Source of the DNA: Deltaproteobacteria bacterium
Lineage (GTDB): Bacteria > Desulfobacterota > Syntrophobacteria > BM002
DNA: 64,000 nt
Assembly: GCA_020353155.1 (NCBI GenBank)
Contig: CP070689.1
Span: 3,105,299 to 3,169,298, forward strand
Direction of reading: 5' to 3'
Part shown: positions 27,116 through 35,135 of the stretch, one piece after another
How positions within the stretch are numbered: the first letter of the stretch is position 1
Layout: each line of letters begins with the position of its first letter
Position numbers and translations under genes: made by a program
Notes under the pieces: generated by a model
What the model was told of the DNA's origin: nothing
Databases searched by the model: none
What the model saw: the letters and a program-made list of their open reading frames with translations, nothing else

Positions 27116-27449
27116 GAGCGAACTGAGCATTGTCTTGGTGGATGATGACCAGATGAGTTCGCTTAACGAGAAGTACAGAAACCGCCAAGGCACTACCAAT
27201 GTTCTAGCCTTTGCAATGCGTGAGGGAGAGTTTGGTGAAATCTCCCCAGAACTTCTCGGCGACGTTATAATTTCCCTTCCCACAGCCCAGCGGGAGGCCG
27301 AAGAGGCGGGCATTTCCCTCGACAGCATGATCTCTCGTCTTTTAATTCATGGTATTTTACACCTAGTGGGTTTCGAGCACGATCGAGGCGAGGATGCAGC
27401 CCGAGAAATGGAACAGCGAAGCTCCGAACTGCTAGCGATAATCGATTAA
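27015..27449 (+). CDS. ybeY: rRNA maturation endoribonuclease YbeY
   Basis: ELSIVLVDDDQM...TNVLAF and the metal site HGILHLVGFEHD. ATG at 27015 gives a normal-length N-terminus (MEIQVNDQ...) but overlaps the upstream gene by 101 nt. Confidence 0.85.
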   Translation: MEIQVNDQQNEIATELEKIKTKARKILNALACYESELSIVLVDDDQMSSLNEKYRNRQGTTNVLAFAMREGEFGEISPELLGDVIISLPTAQREAEEAGISLDSMISRLLIHGILHLVGFEHDRGEDAAREMEQRSSELLAIID

Positions 27450-27486
27450 CACTGTCCGTTTTAGAAAACGCATAGCGCCTATAAAA

Positions 27487-27656
27487 CTAGGCACTAGGCA
27501 GTAAGCACTAAGCACTACAACTCGGAACGAAGAGCGGGGAACGCTGAATTATGGACAAAACTGATTGAAATTTCCAATGTCGAAACATTCCGAGTTTCTC
27601 GTTCCGAATTCCGCTTTATTTCCCTTGGTGTCTAGTCCCTAGTGCATAGTGCCTAG
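27487..27656. repeat. word-array hairpin (GCACTAGG/GCACTAAG array | CGGAAnn array | centre | complementary TTCCG array | CCTAGTGC array)
   Basis: Hand alignment of the outer 32 nt (27487-27518 against the reverse complement of 27625-27656) gives 24 Watson-Crick pairs, 2 G.U and 6 mismatches. The inner arms are complementary tandem CGGAA words. Confidence 0.8.
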
Positions 27657-27717
27657 TGAGGACGGCTCTGTGCTCTAAGCGTCTTTGAAACACAAACACT
27701 GATTGGAGGTGAGAGGC

Positions 27718-28461
27718 GTGGCTAAGTTGGCAGTGAATGTGGATCATGTGGCTACATTACGGGAAGCGCGCCGAACGGCAGAACCTGACCCGGTAACCGC
27801 CGCGGCCTTGGCCGAACTCGCGGGCGCCCAAGGAATCGTCGTGCACTTGCGCGAAGATAGGCGGCATATTCAGGATCGTGATCTACACCTTCTCAGACAG
27901 ACGGTGAAGACCAAATTGAACCTGGAGATGACTGCAACGCAAGAAATGCTTAAGACAGCTTTGAGCGTGAAGCCAGACATGGTCACCCTGGTGCCTGAGA
28001 GAAGGGAGGAACTCACAACTGAAGGCGGTCTAGAGGTTCAGCTCAATAGGGAAAATCTGAAGAAGTACGTTAGACTGTTTAAGGACGCTGACATCATAGT
28101 AAGCCTTGTGATCAACCCCGACCTGGATCAGATAAAGGCGGCCCAGTGGGTAGAGGCGGATTATATCGAAGTGCACGCAGGTTCTTTTTGTGAAGCCCGG
28201 ACACTTACCGAAAGGCAAGAAGAATTTGACCGGATCCAAAACGCGGTAAAACTGGCCCATAAAGTAGGACTGGGGGTAAATGTAGGTCACAGATTGGATC
28301 ATAGTAATATCGGTTGGTTGGTGGACGTTGCTGAAATCGAAGAGTTTGTTATTGGCCACGCCATTGTTGCTCGGGCGGTTCTGGTTGGCTTTGAACGAGC
28401 TGTTCGCGAAATGGTAGAGTTAATCAACTGGGGCGCTGGTTGGCGGCGGACTGGCCCATGA
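27718..28461 (+). CDS. pdxJ: pyridoxine 5'-phosphate synthase
   Basis: LAVNVDHVATLREARR and EVHAG motifs. GTG at 27718 follows the GGAGGTGAG RBS; the track starts at TTG 27703. Confidence 0.9.
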   Translation: MAKLAVNVDHVATLREARRTAEPDPVTAAALAELAGAQGIVVHLREDRRHIQDRDLHLLRQTVKTKLNLEMTATQEMLKTALSVKPDMVTLVPERREELTTEGGLEVQLNRENLKKYVRLFKDADIIVSLVINPDLDQIKAAQWVEADYIEVHAGSFCEARTLTERQEEFDRIQNAVKLAHKVGLGVNVGHRLDHSNIGWLVDVAEIEEFVIGHAIVARAVLVGFERAVREMVELINWGAGWRRTGP

Positions 28462-28835
28462 TTAAAGGAATCGGTGTTGACATAGTCAATATACACCGTA
28501 TGGAGCGGGCGGTAGAACGCTGGGGCTCTCGTTTCTTGAAGCGCATTTTTACTTCGGCTGAGATCGAACGCTGTAGGCAAAGAGCCCGGCCGGCACAATG
28601 CCTCGCCTCTCGCTTCGCTGCCAAAGAGGCTTTCGCCAAGGCTTTGGGCCTAGGTATGCGGGAAGGTCTACGCTGGCGTGACATCGAAGTTGTCCGAGAC
28701 CATCTTGGCAAACCAGGTCTGCAGTTGCACAATCGGGCTCAAGAATTGTTGGAGGCCATGGAAGCTAAGAGAACTTGGTTGAGTCTCTCCGATGAACGGG
28801 ACTCCGCCCTTGCGGTAGTAGTGCTTGAAGGATAG
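28458..28835 (+). CDS. acpS: holo-[acyl-carrier-protein] synthase
   Basis: MIKGIGVDIV...FAAKEAFAKA. The ATG overlaps the pdxJ stop (ATGA). Confidence 0.9.
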   Translation: MIKGIGVDIVNIHRMERAVERWGSRFLKRIFTSAEIERCRQRARPAQCLASRFAAKEAFAKALGLGMREGLRWRDIEVVRDHLGKPGLQLHNRAQELLEAMEAKRTWLSLSDERDSALAVVVLEG

Positions 28836-28840
28836 AGAGA

Positions 28841-30412
28841 ATGAGAGCGGTGACAGCTGAAGAAATGGCAGATATGGATCGCACCGCCATCGAAGTCTTG
28901 GGCATCCCTGGCGTTGTTCTAATGGAGAATGCCGGTCGTGGTGCCACCGAGGTCTTGTGGCGTTACTTCCCCGATCTCGGGAGGAAACGGGTGGCGGTGC
29001 TGGCTGGCGGTGGTAATAACGGGGGCGATGGCTTCGTTATTGCTCGCCATCTCTGGCAACAGCGAGTGGATGTCACCGTCTACCTGCTAAAAAAGGGAAA
29101 GAGCTACAGGGGTGACGCCAAGGTCAATCTGGAGATTGTTGAGAAGCTCGGCCTTCGGGTGGAGGAGTACACCGATAACAAATCTCTTGCGGGGCTGAAG
29201 AGAAAATTGGCGAAAGCCGACATCTTAGTGGATGCTGTTTTTGGAACCGGACTCAATGCTCCCGTTCGAGGTTTCTATCGATCAATCATAGAACTGGTTA
29301 ACCAGCTTGGACGGCCGGTACTTGCCGTGGATTTGCCTTCCGGGCTTAGTGCCAGCAGCGGAGCTCCATTGGGGGCCTGTATACAGGCCACCGTGACCGC
29401 CACCTTTGGGCTTCCCAAGGTGGGTCAGCTTGTAACCCCAGGCTGTACCTACGTGGGCCATCTAGAGGTGGTTGACATTGGTCTGCCGAGAAGTGTTACA
29501 GAGGCTGCAACGCCGCCAAGGCTCTGGTTGGAAGCAAGGGATGTTGCTACCCTTTTACCCTCCAGGTCTATTGTTAGTCACAAAGGTTCATTCGGTCATG
29601 TTCTAGTTGTGGGCGGCTCAGTGGGCAAGACGGGAGCTGGTGCCATGGCCGGTTTGGGTGCGGCACGAGCCGGTGCCGGTTTAGTGACCCTTGCGGTGCC
29701 CACTTCTCTTCACGGTTTAATGGAGATCAAGCTTACAGAGGTCATGACAGAGCCTTTAGCGGAAACGGCTGATCAAACGGTTGCTACGGCAGCTTTGCCT
29801 CGTTTGCATGCACTGCTCAAGGGAAAGCAAGCACTGGCTTTGGGGCCAGGGCTCTCCGTCGACGAAGAGACGATGGATGTGGTAGTGGAACTGGTGGAGA
29901 ACTGCCCGTGCCCGATTGTCCTCGATGCCGATGGGGTTACTGCCCTGGCGGGTCGTTTAGATGCGCTAAAGAGAGCTCGAGCACCGGTGATTTTGACGCC
30001 TCATCCGGGGGAGATGGGACGTCTGGTTAAACGTAGTGCCGAGGAAGTTCAGAATGAAAGGCTTTCTCTGGTTCAGTCCTTTAGCAAACAATACGGGGTA
30101 ACTCTTGTACTCAAAGGTGCTAGAACCTTGATCGGCAGTTCTGAAGGCAGACTGGCAATAAATAGCAGCGGTAATCCCGGGCTGGCCAGTGGCGGCACAG
30201 GAGACGTACTAACCGGTTTGATCGCCGGCTTTTTGGCTCAGGGACTTTCGCCCTTTGATGCGGCCTGCGCCGGTGTGTATTGTCACGGGATGGCGGCCGA
30301 TCGTTTAGCTAGGCGGTGGGGTGATCGGGGCATTCTGGCAACGGATCTGCTACCGGAAATACCGGTTGTCCTCAAATCATTGGTCGAGCAGCCTAACATA
30401 GCCGGCAGCTAG
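28841..30412 (+). CDS. nnr: bifunctional NAD(P)H-hydrate repair enzyme (epimerase/ADP-dependent dehydratase)
   Basis: 523 aa. N-terminal YjeF_N (GGGNNGGDGFV) and C-terminal carbohydrate-kinase-like domain (GGTGDVLTG). Confidence 0.9.
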   Translation: MRAVTAEEMADMDRTAIEVLGIPGVVLMENAGRGATEVLWRYFPDLGRKRVAVLAGGGNNGGDGFVIARHLWQQRVDVTVYLLKKGKSYRGDAKVNLEIVEKLGLRVEEYTDNKSLAGLKRKLAKADILVDAVFGTGLNAPVRGFYRSIIELVNQLGRPVLAVDLPSGLSASSGAPLGACIQATVTATFGLPKVGQLVTPGCTYVGHLEVVDIGLPRSVTEAATPPRLWLEARDVATLLPSRSIVSHKGSFGHVLVVGGSVGKTGAGAMAGLGAARAGAGLVTLAVPTSLHGLMEIKLTEVMTEPLAETADQTVATAALPRLHALLKGKQALALGPGLSVDEETMDVVVELVENCPCPIVLDADGVTALAGRLDALKRARAPVILTPHPGEMGRLVKRSAEEVQNERLSLVQSFSKQYGVTLVLKGARTLIGSSEGRLAINSSGNPGLASGGTGDVLTGLIAGFLAQGLSPFDAACAGVYCHGMAADRLARRWGDRGILATDLLPEIPVVLKSLVEQPNIAGS

Positions 30413-30545
30413 GTCATTTCCCATTTTGCATTGCCCATTTCTCATTTAACATTTCTCATCAATGTGAATTTGGACAGATGACTCTTGTACTGAGTTGATA
30501 ATGATAAATGATGAATGACCAATGAGAAATGAGAAATGAGAAATG
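30413..30545. repeat. word-array hairpin (CATTTCTC-type array | centre | GAGAAATG-type array)
   Basis: The left arm 30413-30460 has 3 G in 48 nt. The right arm 30498-30545 has 2 C in 48 nt. The period-7 array AATGAGA x3 contains the tsaE start codon. Confidence 0.8.
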
Positions 30546-31048
30546 AACAACCTCTCCTAAGGTGGACTACCCAGACATTAAGCCCTGAAGCAACTCAGTC
30601 TCTTGCCGAGCGACTGGGAAGATTGCTCCGGCCAGGTGATGTAGTTGCCTTGATAGGTGAGTTAGGAAGCGGTAAAACCGTTTTCTCTCAAGGCCTGGCT
30701 CGCGGCTTGGGGGTGCCGAAGACTTTCTATATTACCAGCCCAACCTTTGCCATCATAAACGAGTATCCTGGTAGAGTCCCCTTTTATCATCTGGATTTAT
30801 ATCGAGTGAGCGGTCCTGGCGAGTTGTCAGAACTGGGACTTGAGGAAATTCTTTACGGGCAAGGGGCAGTGGCAATTGAATGGGCTGAAAGACTAGACAA
30901 AGAATTGCCAGCGGAGCGGCTGGAAGTCCACTTGACATTTCTGAACGAAATGGGAAGAAATATTGCCTTCTCTGCATTTGGAGACAAATTAGAAAAGCGA
31001 CTGGCCACACTCGTCAGCTTTTATAAAAGCGCCAACGAGAGAAGCTAA
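30536..31048 (+). CDS. tsaE: tRNA t6A37 biosynthesis ATPase TsaE
   Basis: GELGSGKT Walker A, SPTFAIINEY, and YHLDLYR motifs. Confidence 0.9.
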   Translation: MRNEQPLLRWTTQTLSPEATQSLAERLGRLLRPGDVVALIGELGSGKTVFSQGLARGLGVPKTFYITSPTFAIINEYPGRVPFYHLDLYRVSGPGELSELGLEEILYGQGAVAIEWAERLDKELPAERLEVHLTFLNEMGRNIAFSAFGDKLEKRLATLVSFYKSANERS

Positions 31049-31078
31049 ATCCTAAGCATTAAACAAACTTGGTTTGCC

Positions 31079-31155
31079 GATGTGAGATAGTTTTTTGCAA
31101 AGGTGTTCCAGCAGATTGTCAGTACCTCCCATCCCACATCCCATATCTCACATCT
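31079..31155. repeat. word-array hairpin remnant (GATGTGAGATA ... CCCATCCCACATCCCATATCTCACATC)
   Basis: A short G-rich left arm and a longer complementary right array. Confidence 0.6.
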
Positions 31156-31342
31156 AGATATTACGGATACTTCTGAATAGCCATTTTCCTATCCGTCCCC
31201 CTTTTTTCCATTGACACTTCAAAAGGTATGGGTCATTTTTATAACTTTATGAGTTAATATAAGTTAAATTTGCTTAAATTGATAAATTTTCCAGCCGCAA
31301 CAGTTTAGTTTATGCTTCTACTGCTCTGTTGGAAACAGTTCC

Positions 31343-32584
31343 ATGGCGCTTATTGTTCAAAAATACGGGGGCACCTCGGTGGCCCACCCGGAAAGAATTA
31401 AGGCGGTCGCTAAAAGGGTCATACAGACCCGCGAGGCCGGCGATGATGTAGTAGTGGTGCTCTCCGCCATGGCCGGAGAGACAGACAGGCTCATTGAACT
31501 GGCCCATAAGATGGCGGAAGAGCCGGACCCCCGGGAGCAGGATGTGCTCCTCGCCACGGGCGAGCAAGTTACCATTTCTCTCTTTTGTATTGCCATCAAA
31601 AACATGGGTTATGAGGCCCAGTCCCTATTGGGCCATCAGGCCCGTATTTACACAGATCGCGCCTATGGACGAGCGCGCATAAGTGAAATTCGTACAGAAC
31701 CCATCTGGCATAATATATACAAGGGTTGTATTCCGGTTATAGCCGGCTTCCAGGGTTTAGATGAGAGAGGTAACATTACCACCCTTGGCCGGGGAGGTTC
31801 CGACACCACAGCCGTGGCGGTTGCTGCAGCCTTGGCAGCTGAGGTGTGTGAAATTTACACTGATGTAGCAGGTGTCTATACCACTGATCCAAATATTTAC
31901 CACAAAGCGAGGAAACTGCAGCGCATTTCCTACGATGAGATGCTGGAGATGGCCAGCATGGGGGCCAAGGTGCTGCATATCCGCTCGGTGGAATTTGCCA
32001 AGAAATATAATGTACCCGTTCATGTCAGATCTTCTTTTGTGGACGAGCCTGGTACCATGGTGGTAAAGGAGGATAAGTCCATGGAACAAGTGATGGTTTC
32101 AGGTGTGGCCTACAGCAAGGGTGACGCTCGCATAACCCTAGCAGGTTTGCCTGACGTGCCCGGCGTTGCCGCCAGGATATTTACCGAGATCGCCAGTGAA
32201 GGGATCGTGGTGGATATGATCATTCAGGGGAGCACAGGCGACACGAATCTGGCCAATCTGAGCTTCACTGTGCCGCGATTGGATCGCCAGGCAGCTATAC
32301 GCGTTCTAGAGGAGATGAAAAAAGAGTGGAAAGATCTGCGGATCTCCAGCGATGAAAATATCGCCAAGATCTCAGTCATAGGTGTAGGCATGCGCCACCA
32401 CGCCGGCGTTGCCGCTAAAATGTTCCAGGCGTTAGGCAAAGAGAATATCAATATCCATATGATCAGCACTTCGGAAATCAAGGTTTCCTGCGTGATTGAG
32501 GATCGACACACGGCGAAGGCGGTCCAAGTTCTGCACGATGTTTTTGAGCTAGATCAACCATTGCAGCACGAGATCCCAGGATAA
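31343..32584 (+). CDS. lysC: aspartate kinase
   Basis: ALIVQKYGGTSV, a GGSDTTA-like GRGGSDTTAV, and two C-terminal ACT domains. Confidence 0.95.
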   Translation: MALIVQKYGGTSVAHPERIKAVAKRVIQTREAGDDVVVVLSAMAGETDRLIELAHKMAEEPDPREQDVLLATGEQVTISLFCIAIKNMGYEAQSLLGHQARIYTDRAYGRARISEIRTEPIWHNIYKGCIPVIAGFQGLDERGNITTLGRGGSDTTAVAVAAALAAEVCEIYTDVAGVYTTDPNIYHKARKLQRISYDEMLEMASMGAKVLHIRSVEFAKKYNVPVHVRSSFVDEPGTMVVKEDKSMEQVMVSGVAYSKGDARITLAGLPDVPGVAARIFTEIASEGIVVDMIIQGSTGDTNLANLSFTVPRLDRQAAIRVLEEMKKEWKDLRISSDENIAKISVIGVGMRHHAGVAAKMFQALGKENINIHMISTSEIKVSCVIEDRHTAKAVQVLHDVFELDQPLQHEIPG

Positions 32585-32595
32585 AGCAGAACATC

Positions 32596-32674
32596 AGATG
32601 TGGGATGTGAGATTTGAGATGCGTGATGGTTAATTTTCCAAAAAAATGTTAAATCCCATATCGCACATCTCACA
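32596..32674. repeat. word-array hairpin (GATGTGGGATGTGAGATTTGAGATGCGTGATGG | loop | AAATCCCATATCGCACATCTCAC)
   Basis: Complementary GAGATGT/ACATCTC arrays lie directly after the lysC stop. Confidence 0.7.
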
Positions 32675-32787
32675 GCTAACTCGAATTTATTTGGTCCGCC
32701 TCCGGCGGAATGATATGCGGATTACATAACGTTGTTGGTATAACAAACATCCAGTCGATAATAAAACTCGAAAAATAGGAAAGACAT

Positions 32788-34371
32788 ATGCGCAAGATTG
32801 AAATCTATGACACCACATTGAGAGATGGGACCCAGGCTGAGGACTTCAACCTTTCCCTGGAAGACAAAATTCGCTGTTCCAAGAAGCTCGACGAGTTGGG
32901 GATCCACTATATTGAAGGTGGCTGGCCGGGCTCAAATCCAAAAGATGTTGCCTATTTCAAGGAAATCAAGAACTACGAGCTGAAAACTTCCAAGGTGGCA
33001 GCCTTTGGCAGCACCCACAATCCAAGGGCCTCGGCAGAAAAAGACCGCAACTTGGGCGCTCTCCTTAAAGCAAAAACAGAGGTGATTACTATCTTCGGCA
33101 AAAGTTGGACCGTCCATGTGCGGGACGCCCTGCGAACGACTCTGGAGCGCAATGTTGAGATCATCCGCGACTCTCTGGCCTACGTGCGGCCAAAGATATG
33201 GAAGCTCATCTATGATGCCGAGCACTTTTTCGATGGCTTCAAGTCCGATCCCGAATATGCTCTTGCGACCCTCAAGGCTGCACTGGAGGGAGGAGCCGAT
33301 TGCCTTGTCCTCTGCGACACCAATGGTGGAACCCTGACCACAGACCTCCAGAAGATCATCAAGCGAGTCAAGAAGGAGTTTCCCAAAGCAGAGCTTGGCA
33401 TCCACACCCACAACGACTCCGAGTTGGCTGTAGCCAACTCGTTGGCGGCGGTGCAGTTGGGCGCAAACCAGGTGCAAGGCACCATGAATGGGGTGGGGGA
33501 GCGCTGTGGCAATGCTAATTTGTGTAGCATAATTCCAGCTATTAAGTTGAAGTTGAAGATGGATTGCATTACAGATGAACAGCTCGCTCGACTGCGTGAG
33601 ACTTCTCGTTACATCCTCGAACTGGCTAATGTTCGGCCATTCAGGTACCAGCCTTATGTGGGGAGGAGTGCCTTTGCCCACAAAGGTGGCATACACGTTG
33701 CTGCAGTTGAACGAAACCCGGAAACCTACGAACACATTTACCCTGAGCTGGTTGGCAACCGCCGACGTGTTTTAGTGTCAGACCTCTCGGGTCGCAGCAC
33801 CATAAAGCAAAAGGCAGAGCAGTACGGCATTGAGATCTCCACCAAAGATCCGGTTGCCATGCAGGTCCTGGAAGAGCTCAAACAGCTTGAGCACGAGGGA
33901 TTTCAATACGAGGCGGCGGAAGGGTCTTTTGAGCTCTTGTTGAACCAGGCCCTCGGAAGGGTGAAAAGGTACTTTGAGCTAGTGGGCTTCAGGGTCCTGG
34001 TATCCAAGACTGATGAAACTCAACCTTCCGAGTCTGAAGCTACGGTGATGGTCAAAGTTGGAGGAAAGGTGGAGCACACAGCTGCCACAGGCGTGGGGCC
34101 GGTGAATGCTTTGGACAACGCTCTGCGCAAAGCCTTGGAGAAATTTTACCCTGAGCTTGCCCACATGAGACTCAATGACTACAAAGTACGCGTTTTGCCG
34201 GGCAAGGAAGGAACGGCCGCCAAGGTCAGGGTGCTCATCGAATCTGTAGACAAGGACAACATCTGGGGCACGGTGGGAGTTTCGGAAAACATTCTTGAGG
34301 CAAGCTGGTTGGCCCTGGTGGATAGCATCAACTATAAGATGTTCAAGGACGAAAAAGGGCATAAGAAGTAA
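32788..34371 (+). CDS. cimA: (R)-citramalate synthase
   Basis: 527 aa. IYDTTLRDGTQ, an HxH site (IHTHND), and the long CimA-type C-terminal regulatory domain. Confidence 0.85.
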   Translation: MRKIEIYDTTLRDGTQAEDFNLSLEDKIRCSKKLDELGIHYIEGGWPGSNPKDVAYFKEIKNYELKTSKVAAFGSTHNPRASAEKDRNLGALLKAKTEVITIFGKSWTVHVRDALRTTLERNVEIIRDSLAYVRPKIWKLIYDAEHFFDGFKSDPEYALATLKAALEGGADCLVLCDTNGGTLTTDLQKIIKRVKKEFPKAELGIHTHNDSELAVANSLAAVQLGANQVQGTMNGVGERCGNANLCSIIPAIKLKLKMDCITDEQLARLRETSRYILELANVRPFRYQPYVGRSAFAHKGGIHVAAVERNPETYEHIYPELVGNRRRVLVSDLSGRSTIKQKAEQYGIEISTKDPVAMQVLEELKQLEHEGFQYEAAEGSFELLLNQALGRVKRYFELVGFRVLVSKTDETQPSESEATVMVKVGGKVEHTAATGVGPVNALDNALRKALEKFYPELAHMRLNDYKVRVLPGKEGTAAKVRVLIESVDKDNIWGTVGVSENILEASWLALVDSINYKMFKDEKGHKK

Positions 34372-34443
34372 AGTTCTACCTTTTGGTTCATGGGGGCACT
34401 CCTTTCTCACTCCGTGGTCGGCTTCTGATCACAGTAAGAGCAA

Positions 34444-35025
34444 ATGAATTTTCTTTCCCGGTCTCAACCCGGCGCTGTTTTATTGGTGGCACTCGTTCTG
34501 CTGTCTGTCTACAGCTTGAGTCACCATACCCAGCATGGCAAGTCGAGAAAATCCACTGAAGTCTCCGCGAAATACATCTTTATCCAGGTGGTGGGCAAGG
34601 TAAAAAGTCCGGGGATATACTGCTTCGATCAAGGGGTTACAGTAGGTGAGGCGTTAGCTCGGGCTGGAGGACCACTGTCATCGTTAAGTCACGGCGACGA
34701 ATTGACATGGGCTAAAGTTCAAACACTAAACGGCAGCAGAATTCAAATTATAACTGAGCCAAGGGGAGTCGCCGTTTTGAAATTGGGGTGGATGGCGGTG
34801 CCCATCCGCCTGGCTTTAGGGGTGCCACTGGATATCAATCAGGCCTCTGTAGCTGATTTGACCCAAGTGCCTGGCATCAATGACGAGTTGGCGGATAGGA
34901 TTGTGGCTCTGAGGGTACGTAGGGGGGGATTCTCCAAATTAGATAGTCTTTGCGAGGTAAAGGGTATAGGGCCGGCCACGGTCAGGCGGCTCAAGCCCTA
35001 CCTTGCACTAGGCACTAAGCACTAG
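34444..35025 (+). CDS. comEA: ComEA-family helix-hairpin-helix DNA-binding protein
   Basis: Signal/anchor, SLBB-like region, and C-terminal HhH pair (INQASVADLTQVPGI...VKGIGPATVRRL). Confidence 0.85.
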   Translation: MNFLSRSQPGAVLLVALVLLSVYSLSHHTQHGKSRKSTEVSAKYIFIQVVGKVKSPGIYCFDQGVTVGEALARAGGPLSSLSHGDELTWAKVQTLNGSRIQIITEPRGVAVLKLGWMAVPIRLALGVPLDINQASVADLTQVPGINDELADRIVALRVRRGGFSKLDSLCEVKGIGPATVRRLKPYLALGTKH

Positions 35026-35073
35026 GCACCATGCACCGCGGAGCAGGCAGCGAGCAGCGGACAGCAGGCAGTA
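35005..35073. repeat. word arrays (GCACTAGG/GCACTAAG x3, then GCAGGCAG/GAGCAGCG-type words)
   Basis: The first 21 nt encode the last six residues (ALGTKH) and the TAG stop of comEA. No local complementary arm. Confidence 0.65.
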
Positions 35074-35135
35074 GTGTGATGATCTAATTACATTCAAGAA
35101 TTTTGCTAGCTTGTAGCCGGCCGTTGTCAGCAGGT

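Noticed and set aside
31156-31342. Lysine riboswitch or other leader upstream of lysC (and a T-box or leader upstream of cimA at 32675-32787)
   Set aside because: No recognisable L-box core sequences or specifier/T-box motif. The regions are AT-rich with only short hairpins (for example CCGCC-tcc-GGCGG at 32696-32708).
32932-33735. Long antisense or alternative-frame ORFs (32932-33735, 37890-38633, 3612-4172, 14265-14738, 13063-13437, 21168-21683, 45906-46370 and others)
   Set aside because: They lie entirely inside well-supported genes with clear family motifs, lack RBSs, and have low-complexity or Arg/Ser/Pro-rich translations typical of shadow ORFs.
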